Below are positions 19,446 through 27,125 of a stretch of 64,000 nucleotides of DNA, piece by piece. The first letter of the stretch is position 1. Every line of letters starts with the position of its first letter. A model generated the notes under the pieces. That model searched no databases. It saw only the letters and a program-made list of their open reading frames with translations, and was not told the origin of the DNA. Position numbers and translations under genes: made by a program. This DNA comes from Patescibacteria group bacterium UBA6805 (GTDB taxonomy: Bacteria > Patescibacteriota > Minisyncoccia > Minisyncoccales > Minisyncoccaceae): the NCBI GenBank assembly GCA_002452735.1, contig DKFD01000011.1:1-64000 (forward strand), written 5' to 3'.

Positions 19446-19639
19446 AATCGTATTTTTATTAATGCCTATTCATTATATTAGATAAAGTCAAGAAAGGCAA
19501 AGGTCCTTGAATAATAAGGGATTTTTCAGAGAGTGTGGAAAAAGGGTGGACAAAACGTTAATAAGGCGGAAATGTTTGTTTTGTTGACCATAAGGATTTT
19601 TTCTGTTATATTTAAAGCATTAAATTAAAGTTTTAAATT
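19446..19639. other. candidate oriC part 2 / divergent promoter region with DnaA-box-like TGTGGAAAA and a second GGGTGGACAAA copy
   Basis: motif GGGTGGACAAA occurs at about 17918 and about 19545, on either side of dnaA. Confidence 0.4.
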
Positions 19640-19777
19640 ATGAGAGTTACAACGTACAGGCCGAAAAAGAAGAAAAGAAAAAGAACGCACGGTTTTATTA
19701 AGCGTTCAAAGACTGTAAGCGGAAAGAAGGTTTTAAAAAGGAGAAGAGCCAAGAAAAGAGCAAAGCTTACGGTTTAA
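19640..19777 (+). CDS. rpmH: 50S ribosomal protein L34
   Basis: 45-aa ORF not in the ORF track: [45 protein letters not shown]; canonical rpmH-rnpA order. Confidence 0.85.
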   Translation: MRVTTYRPKKKKRKRTHGFIKRSKTVSGKKVLKRRRAKKRAKLTV

Positions 19778-19783
19778 TTTATA

Positions 19784-20122
19784 ATGCTGCCTAAAAAAAA
19801 CAGGCTGAGAAAAAAAAAGGATTTTGAAAGGGTTTTCAAAGAAGGAAAAAATGCCAGAGGGACTGTTCTTTATTTTAAAATCTTGGAAACCAAAGAGCCG
19901 TCGTCAAGGATAGGATTTATCGTCAGCAAGAAAATTTCCCCGAAGGCCACGGAAAGGAACAAAATAAGAAGAAGAATGAAAGAGTCTGTCAGGGCGGCGC
20001 TGGACATGTTAAAAAACAGCTGGGATATAATCATTATCGCTTCGCCGCAGATTAAAAAAAGCAGTTTTGAGGAAATCAGGCGAGATACAGAAAAAACTTT
20101 TAAAAATATAAACAATGTTTGA
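19784..20122 (+). CDS. rnpA: ribonuclease P protein component
   Basis: 112 aa, basic; 'RLRKKKDF', 'IGFIVSKKISPKATERNKIRRRMKE'. Confidence 0.85.
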   Translation: MLPKKNRLRKKKDFERVFKEGKNARGTVLYFKILETKEPSSRIGFIVSKKISPKATERNKIRRRMKESVRAALDMLKNSWDIIIIASPQIKKSSFEEIRRDTEKTFKNINNV

Positions 20123-20831
20123 GTTTTTTTCAACAACCTTCAATATTGTGCTTTATCGGCCCATACTGAATCTTTTAATTTGGCTTTACGGCGCCATCGG
20201 AAATTTCGGCTGGGCCATAATCGTTCTGACGTTGATCGTCAAGATTCTTTTGAATCCCTTAAACAAAAGGGCCCTGGAATCGCAAAAGACGATGATGAAA
20301 ATACAGCCCAAGATAAAAGAAATACAAAGCAAATTCAAAGACAAAGAGCAGCAGGGCAGGGAAATGTTGAAACTTTACCAGGAAACAAAGTTTAATCCGT
20401 TCTCCGGGATATTTCTTCTTTTTCTTCAGTTGCCCGTTCTTTGGGCGCTTTTCAGGGTTTTTCAAAGCGGGCTGGATTTTGAAAAGACAAACGGGATGCT
20501 TTATTCTTTTATTTCCCTGCCCCAGGCGATAAACCCATATTTTTTAACGATTAATCTGGCCGAGCCGAGCATTTTTTTGGCCGCGATTACAGCCGTTGCC
20601 CAGTACATACAGGTAAAAACAGCAGCGCCTCCCCGGGAGGAAGCCAAGGAAAAAAGCAAAGACCAGGCGGAGAGGATTTCCCAAATGGTTCAGAAGCAGA
20701 CGATGCTTTTTATTCCGGCTTTTACCTTTTTCGTTCTTTTTAATCTGCCGGCAGCCATTGCTCTTTATTGGTCGCTGACCACGGTTTTAAATATTATTCA
20801 GCAAAAGAAAATATTTGAAAAACATGAATGA
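20115..20831 (+). CDS. yidC: membrane protein insertase YidC (short form)
   Basis: 238 aa; 'GWAIIVLTLIVKILLNPL', multi-TM, position after rnpA. Confidence 0.85.
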   Translation: MFEFFSTTFNIVLYRPILNLLIWLYGAIGNFGWAIIVLTLIVKILLNPLNKRALESQKTMMKIQPKIKEIQSKFKDKEQQGREMLKLYQETKFNPFSGIFLLFLQLPVLWALFRVFQSGLDFEKTNGMLYSFISLPQAINPYFLTINLAEPSIFLAAITAVAQYIQVKTAAPPREEAKEKSKDQAERISQMVQKQTMLFIPAFTFFVLFNLPAAIALYWSLTTVLNIIQQKKIFEKHE

Positions 20832-21297
20832 AAAAGAATTATCAGAATCCATAGAGGAGATAGTCAAGGATTTTTTCCGCCGAGCCGGTTCAGAGGCGGA
20901 GATTAAAAAGATATCTCTGGAAGAATCGGACGGCCGGGAAGTTTTAATGTTGAATTTGAAAACCAAAGAAGCCAACATTTTCATCGGCAAACAAGGACTG
21001 GTTTTGTCCGACATCCAACTTCTTTTGCGAAAGATGATAAAGAAAAAAACAGACAAGGATTTTTTCTTGAATCTGGACATAGATGATTACAAAAGATATA
21101 AAGAAGATTATTTGAGAGAAATGGCTCAGGGCGCCGCTGATGAAGCAATCGGCCAAAAAGAAAAAAAAGAGCTGCCCTTGGCTTCTGCTTTTGACAGGAG
21201 GATAGTGCACCTGGAGCTTTCAAAAAGAAAAGACGTTAAAGTGGAAAGCGAGGGAGAGGGAGAGGAAAGAAAAATAATAATTACGCCTTTGGACTAA
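20815..21297 (+). CDS. Jag/KhpB-like RNA-binding protein (KH + R3H)
   Basis: 160 aa; C-terminal R3H-like 'FDRRIVHLEL'; canonical position after yidC. Confidence 0.65.
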   Translation: MKNMNEKELSESIEEIVKDFFRRAGSEAEIKKISLEESDGREVLMLNLKTKEANIFIGKQGLVLSDIQLLLRKMIKKKTDKDFFLNLDIDDYKRYKEDYLREMAQGAADEAIGQKEKKELPLASAFDRRIVHLELSKRKDVKVESEGEGEERKIIITPLD

Positions 21298-23075
21298 ACA
21301 ACTTCCTGGTTGTATTGCTTGGCTTCCCTTATTTTAATTACCTCTTCCGGAGAAGTGGTGATTATTTGGTCTTCAGTGTACGAGGCGACTACGCTGATGG
21401 CTACGTGTTTCTGGCCGGCGAAGAAAATGCCCTCGCCCACCGGGCTTTCCAGAAGAAGGTATTTTTCCTGGTCGGTTAAATTGAAAGTTTTCTGGACCAG
21501 GTCTATGGCTGCCGGGCTTTGCTTTAGAAGAAGCTGAAGAGAGGAGTTGGTGATAATGGGCTTGCCGTATTCGGAGCCGATAAAATCGGAAACGTCCTGG
21601 GTGATGGTGGTTACCCCCAGCCAGTACTTTCTTGCTCTTTTGCAGATGCCATACAAGAAAGATGCTCCGTCCGCTTCTTTCATCATCCACCATGCTTCGT
21701 CAACAACAAGAATTCTTTTCTTCATGCTGACCCTGATGGCGTTCCAGATGTAGCGCATAACAATAAACATGGCAATGGGTCTTAGCTCGTCTTCCATGTC
21801 TCTTATCCCGAAAACAGCCAGGGATTTGTTCATGGAAATATTGGATTGGTTGTTGAAGAAGGCCGAGAAAGTTCCCTTGGTGAACTTTCTCAGTCTTTCC
21901 ACCAGAGACTCTGCTCCCTGCATCGTGTCCAGAACAGATTCCAGGTCGGAAAGGGTGGGAATGTTTTCTTTCCATTTTTTGGGGTCGGAATACGGAGTAA
22001 TGTCTTTGGCGGCGTAGGTTTCCATAATCGCTCGGTCCATAATGGCGTCTTCTTCCGGCGTCAGTCCCCCGAGCATTATTCTGGTTAAGCCGACCAAGTT
22101 GATAATGTTGCTTCTCAATACGTCTTCCGGGGTTTCGTCTTCCCTCGGTTCCGGCAAGTCAAAAGGATTGATGTGGTTATCGGAGCTCAGGGATATTTTA
22201 AAAAAAGAACCATCCACGGCATCGGCCAGGGGCTTGTACTCGTTTTCCGGGTCGATGATTATACATTCGGCTCCCAACATCAAAGACCTTAATATTTCCA
22301 GCTTTACGGCATAGGATTTGCCCGAGCCGGATTTGGCGAAGATGACCATATTGGCGTTTTCCAAGCTGAAGCGGTCGAATAAAATCAGGGAGCTGTTGTG
22401 CTTGTTGACACCGAAGAGAATGCCTTCGTTGGAGCTTAAATCAAAAGAGATGAAAGGAAACAAGCTGGACAGGGGGCCGGTATTCAGTGTGCTATGGACT
22501 TGTAACAAATCCATTCCGTAGGGGAAGCAGGACAATAAGCCCTCTTTTTGCTGGAGCAGGGCTGGTTTTATATATATCAGTCTTGATTCCAGCATTGACC
22601 TTAAGGACGTTTCCACGGTCTCCAAATCTTTTTTATTGTCAGCGTAAATGGTGATATACAGTCCGAATTTGAACATTTTTTCCTGGGCGGTCTGGAGCTT
22701 GTCTCTTAAATCTTCGAGGTCCTGATAAGCGGTTTCCAAGGACGGGTCCCTGATCAGCCCCTTTTCCTGCCTTTCGATTATTTCCGACTGCACCTCGGTT
22801 ACGCTTTTTCTTAATTGCCTTAAAATGGTCCCGGTTTCAATGGGGTGGAAGAAGAAAGACAAATCAAAGGGTACGTCCATATTAATGATAGGAGACAGCC
22901 ATCCCATTGTCAGATAACGGGGATAAGAAAAAACAAAATAGGTTTTGGAGAATTTTTCTTCAATCCTTACGTAGTTCTGATCAACCTCAATGGCAGGCGA
23001 AGCAATAATGTCTTTGGCGCCGGTGACTTCTTTTTCAAAAAGTTTGCCGGGCTTTGGTTTGTTGAATAATGCCAT
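21294..23075 (-). CDS. VirB4/TrbE-family type IV secretion ATPase, C-terminal ATPase portion
   Basis: ORF 21294-23153; Walker A 'FAKSGSGKSYAVK', Walker B 'ILVVDEAWWMM'; probable start at internal Met 'MALFNKPKPGKL' (23075). Confidence 0.75.
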   Translation of the reverse strand: MALFNKPKPGKLFEKEVTGAKDIIASPAIEVDQNYVRIEEKFSKTYFVFSYPRYLTMGWLSPIINMDVPFDLSFFFHPIETGTILRQLRKSVTEVQSEIIERQEKGLIRDPSLETAYQDLEDLRDKLQTAQEKMFKFGLYITIYADNKKDLETVETSLRSMLESRLIYIKPALLQQKEGLLSCFPYGMDLLQVHSTLNTGPLSSLFPFISFDLSSNEGILFGVNKHNSSLILFDRFSLENANMVIFAKSGSGKSYAVKLEILRSLMLGAECIIIDPENEYKPLADAVDGSFFKISLSSDNHINPFDLPEPREDETPEDVLRSNIINLVGLTRIMLGGLTPEEDAIMDRAIMETYAAKDITPYSDPKKWKENIPTLSDLESVLDTMQGAESLVERLRKFTKGTFSAFFNNQSNISMNKSLAVFGIRDMEDELRPIAMFIVMRYIWNAIRVSMKKRILVVDEAWWMMKEADGASFLYGICKRARKYWLGVTTITQDVSDFIGSEYGKPIITNSSLQLLLKQSPAAIDLVQKTFNLTDQEKYLLLESPVGEGIFFAGQKHVAISVVASYTEDQIITTSPEEVIKIREAKQYNQEVV

Positions 23076-23080
23076 ATTGT

Positions 23081-23722
23081 TTATGTTATAATTTCCGGCG
23101 GCAGTTCGGGATAATATCCCAATTCGGCCTGCTTCGGATGGTGCAAGCTCCACAAAAGCTCAATTAATTCTTCCGTCCCCAGGGGCACTGATTTCAAGCC
23201 GCATCTTCTCAGTCCCAAAGAAATATATTCCATTCTTTGCCAGAGCTGGTATTTTCCGGTCTGGAAGCCCTGCTCGGTCAGAGTGGAGCGGGTGGTTTGT
23301 TTCTTTCCCTCTCCCCCACTGGTCAGGCTCGGGAGCTCAACCAAAGGATAGTAAGGGACGACGATATAGAAATTTTTATTCATGATTGACCCGCCGGCCA
23401 CCAACTCTTCAACGAACCGTCTGTAATCAGAGGTTTGGATTTTCAAGAGTTCGTTTTTTTGCTCGTCTTCCAGTTTTTTGATTTTTTCCACATAGCCGGT
23501 GATGTTCACTTTCCTTGAGCTCACGATTATCTGGCAGGAGAAGTCTAAAGAATTCAAGAAGTTTTGAAAATTGAAAATGATGGCGCCCTGCTCTTCTTCC
23601 GATTTCAAGGCGAAATTAATTGAGGAAATAAGAAGAATCCCTTTTAATGATTTGTCTTTCATGATCATCACTCCTTCGCGGATTTGCTCAACCGGTATAA
23701 ATTGTTGGGAAGATATGGCCAT
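23081..23722 (-). CDS. VirB4-family N-terminal domain as a separate ORF (split gene, frameshift or genuinely bipartite)
   Basis: 213 aa; 'GILLISSINFALKSEEEQ' region resembles the N-terminus of Gram-positive-type VirB4 proteins; ends 5 nt before the ATPase ORF in a different frame; the combined length of about 806 aa is normal for VirB4. Confidence 0.55.
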   Translation of the reverse strand: MAISSQQFIPVEQIREGVMIMKDKSLKGILLISSINFALKSEEEQGAIIFNFQNFLNSLDFSCQIIVSSRKVNITGYVEKIKKLEDEQKNELLKIQTSDYRRFVEELVAGGSIMNKNFYIVVPYYPLVELPSLTSGGEGKKQTTRSTLTEQGFQTGKYQLWQRMEYISLGLRRCGLKSVPLGTEELIELLWSLHHPKQAELGYYPELPPEIIT

Positions 23723-24141
23723 TATTTTTCAAAAAATATTTTTTTACTTAAGGATTCGATTTTTCCACTCGGCCTGAGACTAAGCTTTGTTTTCTCTTCT
23801 TTTTTCGGCTCAACGGATTTTTTGGACGTTCTGGTGGGGAGAAAAACCGGCGATGCCTTTCTGTCCCACCTATATATCTTACTGCCTACGGTGAAGTTGA
23901 AGAAATTCTTGGAGACAACGGCGATTCCCAGTCCCTCGACTTTCAAAAAGGCCAGAGCCAGAGAAGAGCCGAAAAGCGCGCCGCAAACCAAGATGTATAA
24001 AAAAAAGTTTGATTTCCCCAGGGAAAAATACAGAAAAAAGCACAGTCCCAGAGCCATGCCGATATACACGCTCTGTTTTAAAGTAAAGGGACCCAGAATT
24101 TTAGGATCGTGCTCTATGAATTGGGGAACTTGAAACTGCAT
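23722..24141 (-). CDS. PrgI-like (VirB3-like) small two-TM T4SS protein
   Basis: 139 aa; 'MQFQVPQFIEHDPKILGPFTLKQSVYIGMALGLCFFLYF' matches the PrgI-family start pattern (VPQ...f.gLTlrQ) followed by two TM helices; located directly upstream of VirB4. Confidence 0.5.
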   Translation of the reverse strand: MQFQVPQFIEHDPKILGPFTLKQSVYIGMALGLCFFLYFSLGKSNFFLYILVCGALFGSSLALAFLKVEGLGIAVVSKNFFNFTVGSKIYRWDRKASPVFLPTRTSKKSVEPKKEEKTKLSLRPSGKIESLSKKIFFEK

Positions 24142-24143
24142 AA

Positions 24144-24581
24144 TTAAAAGGTTTCTCTATAAGGATCTTTGGGAGAGTCGCCCGTCTCCTTCTTTTCCTT
24201 CTTTATTATATCATCTTTTTTGATTTTTGCATCTTCTTTCGGGATATTTCCTTCTTTTTCTTCATGAAGCTTGTCCAAAGAAACTCTTAAATACTTGAAA
24301 ATGGCCAGGTTTAGCTCTCTGGCTATCTTATTGGCAGTCTGTTCGTCAACGTTCAGTTCCAGTTCCAGAGTAATGGGGAATTCTTTCAGGGGCAAAAGAC
24401 CCATCAAAACTCTGCCCGTGTATTTGGCGGCGATGGATATCTTTTCTTCATCCAGTCCCATATCAGCGCATATTTTTTCAACCAGCTTGTTGTTTTTTTC
24501 GGAGAACACGGCTTCTTTCAAGTCTTCGGGCAGTTTTTCATATGTTTTCCAAAAGAATTCTTTGGTATATTCTTGTTCCAT
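24144..24581 (-). CDS. hypothetical protein
   Basis: ORF 24144-24659, likely start 'MEQEYTKEFF'; no recognisable motifs. Confidence 0.35.
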   Translation of the reverse strand: MEQEYTKEFFWKTYEKLPEDLKEAVFSEKNNKLVEKICADMGLDEEKISIAAKYTGRVLMGLLPLKEFPITLELELNVDEQTANKIARELNLAIFKYLRVSLDKLHEEKEGNIPKEDAKIKKDDIIKKEKKETGDSPKDPYRETF

Positions 24582-24708
24582 AAAATTACTATATTTTACC
24601 ACAAACAGCGGGGAGGTTTCAAGGCGTGGGGAGCGAGATGTTGACAAAAACCAGCACATTGTTTATTATTATATCAGTCCTTTGACAGGATGATACGGAG
24701 ACTTAACC

Positions 24709-25107
24709 ATGAGAAAGCAGAAAATCTGGATGGTCCTGGGTCTTGCTGTTGTCCTAATAGCAGCCCTGGTTGTGTGCGGATGTATGAACATGAGCGCCTC
24801 GTTCGCTCCCCCTGTTTCCCACTCCAATGAAGGGGTAATGTTTAAGGGGGTTGTTTCTTCAGTGACAATTTCTCCCCATAGCGCCCTGAACCGTATCCCA
24901 GCATATGTGGTGAGCGGTGGCGAGGCAGGCGGAACCGATTTTGCTATAGGGAACCTGGGAGATGCGAGGATCGTAATAAGAGACCCGCTTCTCATAGAGA
25001 AGATGGAAGATCTCAGGAAAAATCCAGGCCGCTATTGCGAAATAATGGCCGGACAAGTGACAGGAACCGAATATTGGGAAATAACCGATATTACGGTAAG
25101 TGCATAA
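24709..25107 (+). CDS. putative lipoprotein
   Basis: 132 aa; signal peptide with lipobox 'LVVCGC'; locally elevated GC. Confidence 0.45.
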   Translation: MRKQKIWMVLGLAVVLIAALVVCGCMNMSASFAPPVSHSNEGVMFKGVVSSVTISPHSALNRIPAYVVSGGEAGGTDFAIGNLGDARIVIRDPLLIEKMEDLRKNPGRYCEIMAGQVTGTEYWEITDITVSA

Positions 25108-25133
25108 CTTTATGTTTATGCACCTTTTTCTTT

Positions 25134-25162
25134 TACAAAAGATTGACAAAATAAGAGATTTA
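25134..25162 (+). promoter_or_regulatory. candidate sigma70 promoter TTGACA-17-TATCAT, followed by strong RBS AAAGGAGG before the 25238 ATG
   Basis: sequence motifs. Confidence 0.45.
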
Positions 25163-25237
25163 GTTTATCATTAAACAGCCTTTATTAAAGGCATTAATGT
25201 AACTTGAAAACCGAAAAAAAGAAAGGAGGAAAATTGT

Positions 25238-26614
25238 ATGAAGGATTTTGAGAAAACAGGAAAAACCGGAAAGAATGTTGAGCAAAAAGAAAACGAATTC
25301 GCCGTTTTTTCTAAGGGGATTATCGTTATTCTTGCCCCTATTTTAATTGCGTTTATGGCCTACGCGCTTGGACAGTGGAGTCCGTGGGCTTGGTTCTCTG
25401 TTATTTTTTCGTATATTTACATCCCATCTTATATCCTTGCTTTAGTGCTTGTTCCCCTTGTTCTTTATTTCTATTGGGCCAAACACAACGTCATAGGATA
25501 TTTCATTGAAGAAGGATACTGCATAATTTTCGCATGGAGCGGAGAAAATTTCGCCGGGGCAGACCTGCGATACGGCAAGGCGCGCTTTAATGAAAATTGG
25601 GACGTCGAGACGCCCGAAACTTCCGAAGAAAAAAAACCAATGTGGCAAAGAGGGAAAAAGATACGCATCGGAGGAATGGGTTTTTATCTCTGGCCTTTTA
25701 AAAGAATATACGAATATAATATGACTTGGGCCAAAAAGACGGAAAAGGGGGAAAGAGTTTCCAAAACCGAAAAACTTTCCCGCGTTCTTCTGAAGCCGTA
25801 CGTTTATTCTCTCGAGTATCAAAACATGGAAGATGCGGACAGAATGCCCATCAATATTGAGATAGCGGCTGAAATGCAAATAATAAACCCCATTAAAGCC
25901 CTATTCGGAGTGGAAAGATGGTATAGAGCCATCTTAAACATGACAGAGGGCGAGGTAAGGAAGTATATCGGGGAAAACCTTTATATAAAACTGATTAACC
26001 GTAAAAGTCAGGAAGAAGTGGGCGAAAAAATTAAGGAACAAATGAAAAACGTCTTGCAAGATTTTAATGCAGAGTATGGTGTCAATGTAAAGAGAATAAA
26101 AGTAATGCAAGTGGTTCCTTCAAGAAAAGAAGATGTTGAGGCAACTCTTAAAGCAATGCAGGCTGAAAGAGAAAGGGAGCGAGTAATAATCACAGCCCAG
26201 GCCGAAGCGGTTAAAATAGGGCAAGAACTTACGGGTGCCGTCATGCAGGCGCTGAGCTTGATGACCGGCATAAAAACAACCGAGCTCCAAGCGGAATTCA
26301 TCGCTGCTCCCGAGGCGTTTGAAAAAAAATACGGGGTAGCGTACAGGGAGGCCTATGACTTTGCGAAAAGAAGGATGGGCTTCGTCCAAAAAGGACGCAT
26401 TGAAATCATAACAGCCGATGGCTGCGACAAAGAAGGAAGTGCTTGTCCCAACAGCGGCGGCATAAATACGGACAAGTTGATAGAGGTTATAGCGGCGGTT
26501 GAGATGACGAAACAGGCGCTTTCCCAAAGGCCCGGGAGTCCTGCCCGGGAAGGAAGCGAAAAGAATCCTTTGTCTCTGGAAGAGAAAAAAAATAAGCTCG
26601 GACTAAAATATTAG
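25238..26614 (+). CDS. SPFH/band-7 (stomatin/prohibitin/HflK-like) membrane protein
   Basis: 458 aa; N-terminal TM helices, SPFH-like core 'VNVKRIKVMQVVPSRKEDVEATLKAMQAERERERVIITAQAEA'. Confidence 0.55.
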   Translation: MKDFEKTGKTGKNVEQKENEFAVFSKGIIVILAPILIAFMAYALGQWSPWAWFSVIFSYIYIPSYILALVLVPLVLYFYWAKHNVIGYFIEEGYCIIFAWSGENFAGADLRYGKARFNENWDVETPETSEEKKPMWQRGKKIRIGGMGFYLWPFKRIYEYNMTWAKKTEKGERVSKTEKLSRVLLKPYVYSLEYQNMEDADRMPINIEIAAEMQIINPIKALFGVERWYRAILNMTEGEVRKYIGENLYIKLINRKSQEEVGEKIKEQMKNVLQDFNAEYGVNVKRIKVMQVVPSRKEDVEATLKAMQAERERERVIITAQAEAVKIGQELTGAVMQALSLMTGIKTTELQAEFIAAPEAFEKKYGVAYREAYDFAKRRMGFVQKGRIEIITADGCDKEGSACPNSGGINTDKLIEVIAAVEMTKQALSQRPGSPAREGSEKNPLSLEEKKNKLGLKY

Positions 26615-26623
26615 TCCGATTTT

Positions 26624-27109
26624 TTATAACAATTCTTGGCTTATTCCCTCGGGAATTTTTCCTTTCTGCTCTAACGAAGAAGAATTTTCTTCCGCAGAAT
26701 AATCTTCATTGCCGTCTTCTTTCGTAAAGTCCCAAATTATCTCCTCGTTGTTTTTTATGGCTTGCGACACTTCCTCAATTATTTTTGGGTCTATATTTAA
26801 TTTTTCCAAAGCGGACTTTAAGATTTCGCCCAAATCATTAAAAGTTATTTCTTTATTGATTAGTTTTTCTATTATTTTTACAATCGCCACGGAGGCGGAT
26901 ACTTCTTCAATGGGCCTTTTAAGAGCAAGACACTCTTTAATCTTTTGGCTATGTAAAAATTTTGCCACCCTTCTTTCTTCCGGGCTTTCAGCCGATTGCA
27001 AGTTCTTCTCCAAAACAGGGTCATTCTCAACGAGGTCTTTTTCCAGGCCATGCCGAACAACAATGTTTTCTATAAAGTTTAATGTTTCTGTCGAGGGTTT
27101 TTTTCTCAT
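26624..27109 (-). CDS. hypothetical acidic protein
   Basis: 161 aa, no motifs; lies between the VirB6-like gene and the rest of the T4SS-like cluster. Confidence 0.35.
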   Translation of the reverse strand: MRKKPSTETLNFIENIVVRHGLEKDLVENDPVLEKNLQSAESPEERRVAKFLHSQKIKECLALKRPIEEVSASVAIVKIIEKLINKEITFNDLGEILKSALEKLNIDPKIIEEVSQAIKNNEEIIWDFTKEDGNEDYSAEENSSSLEQKGKIPEGISQELL

Positions 27110-27125
27110 ATTTGTTGATATAGAA

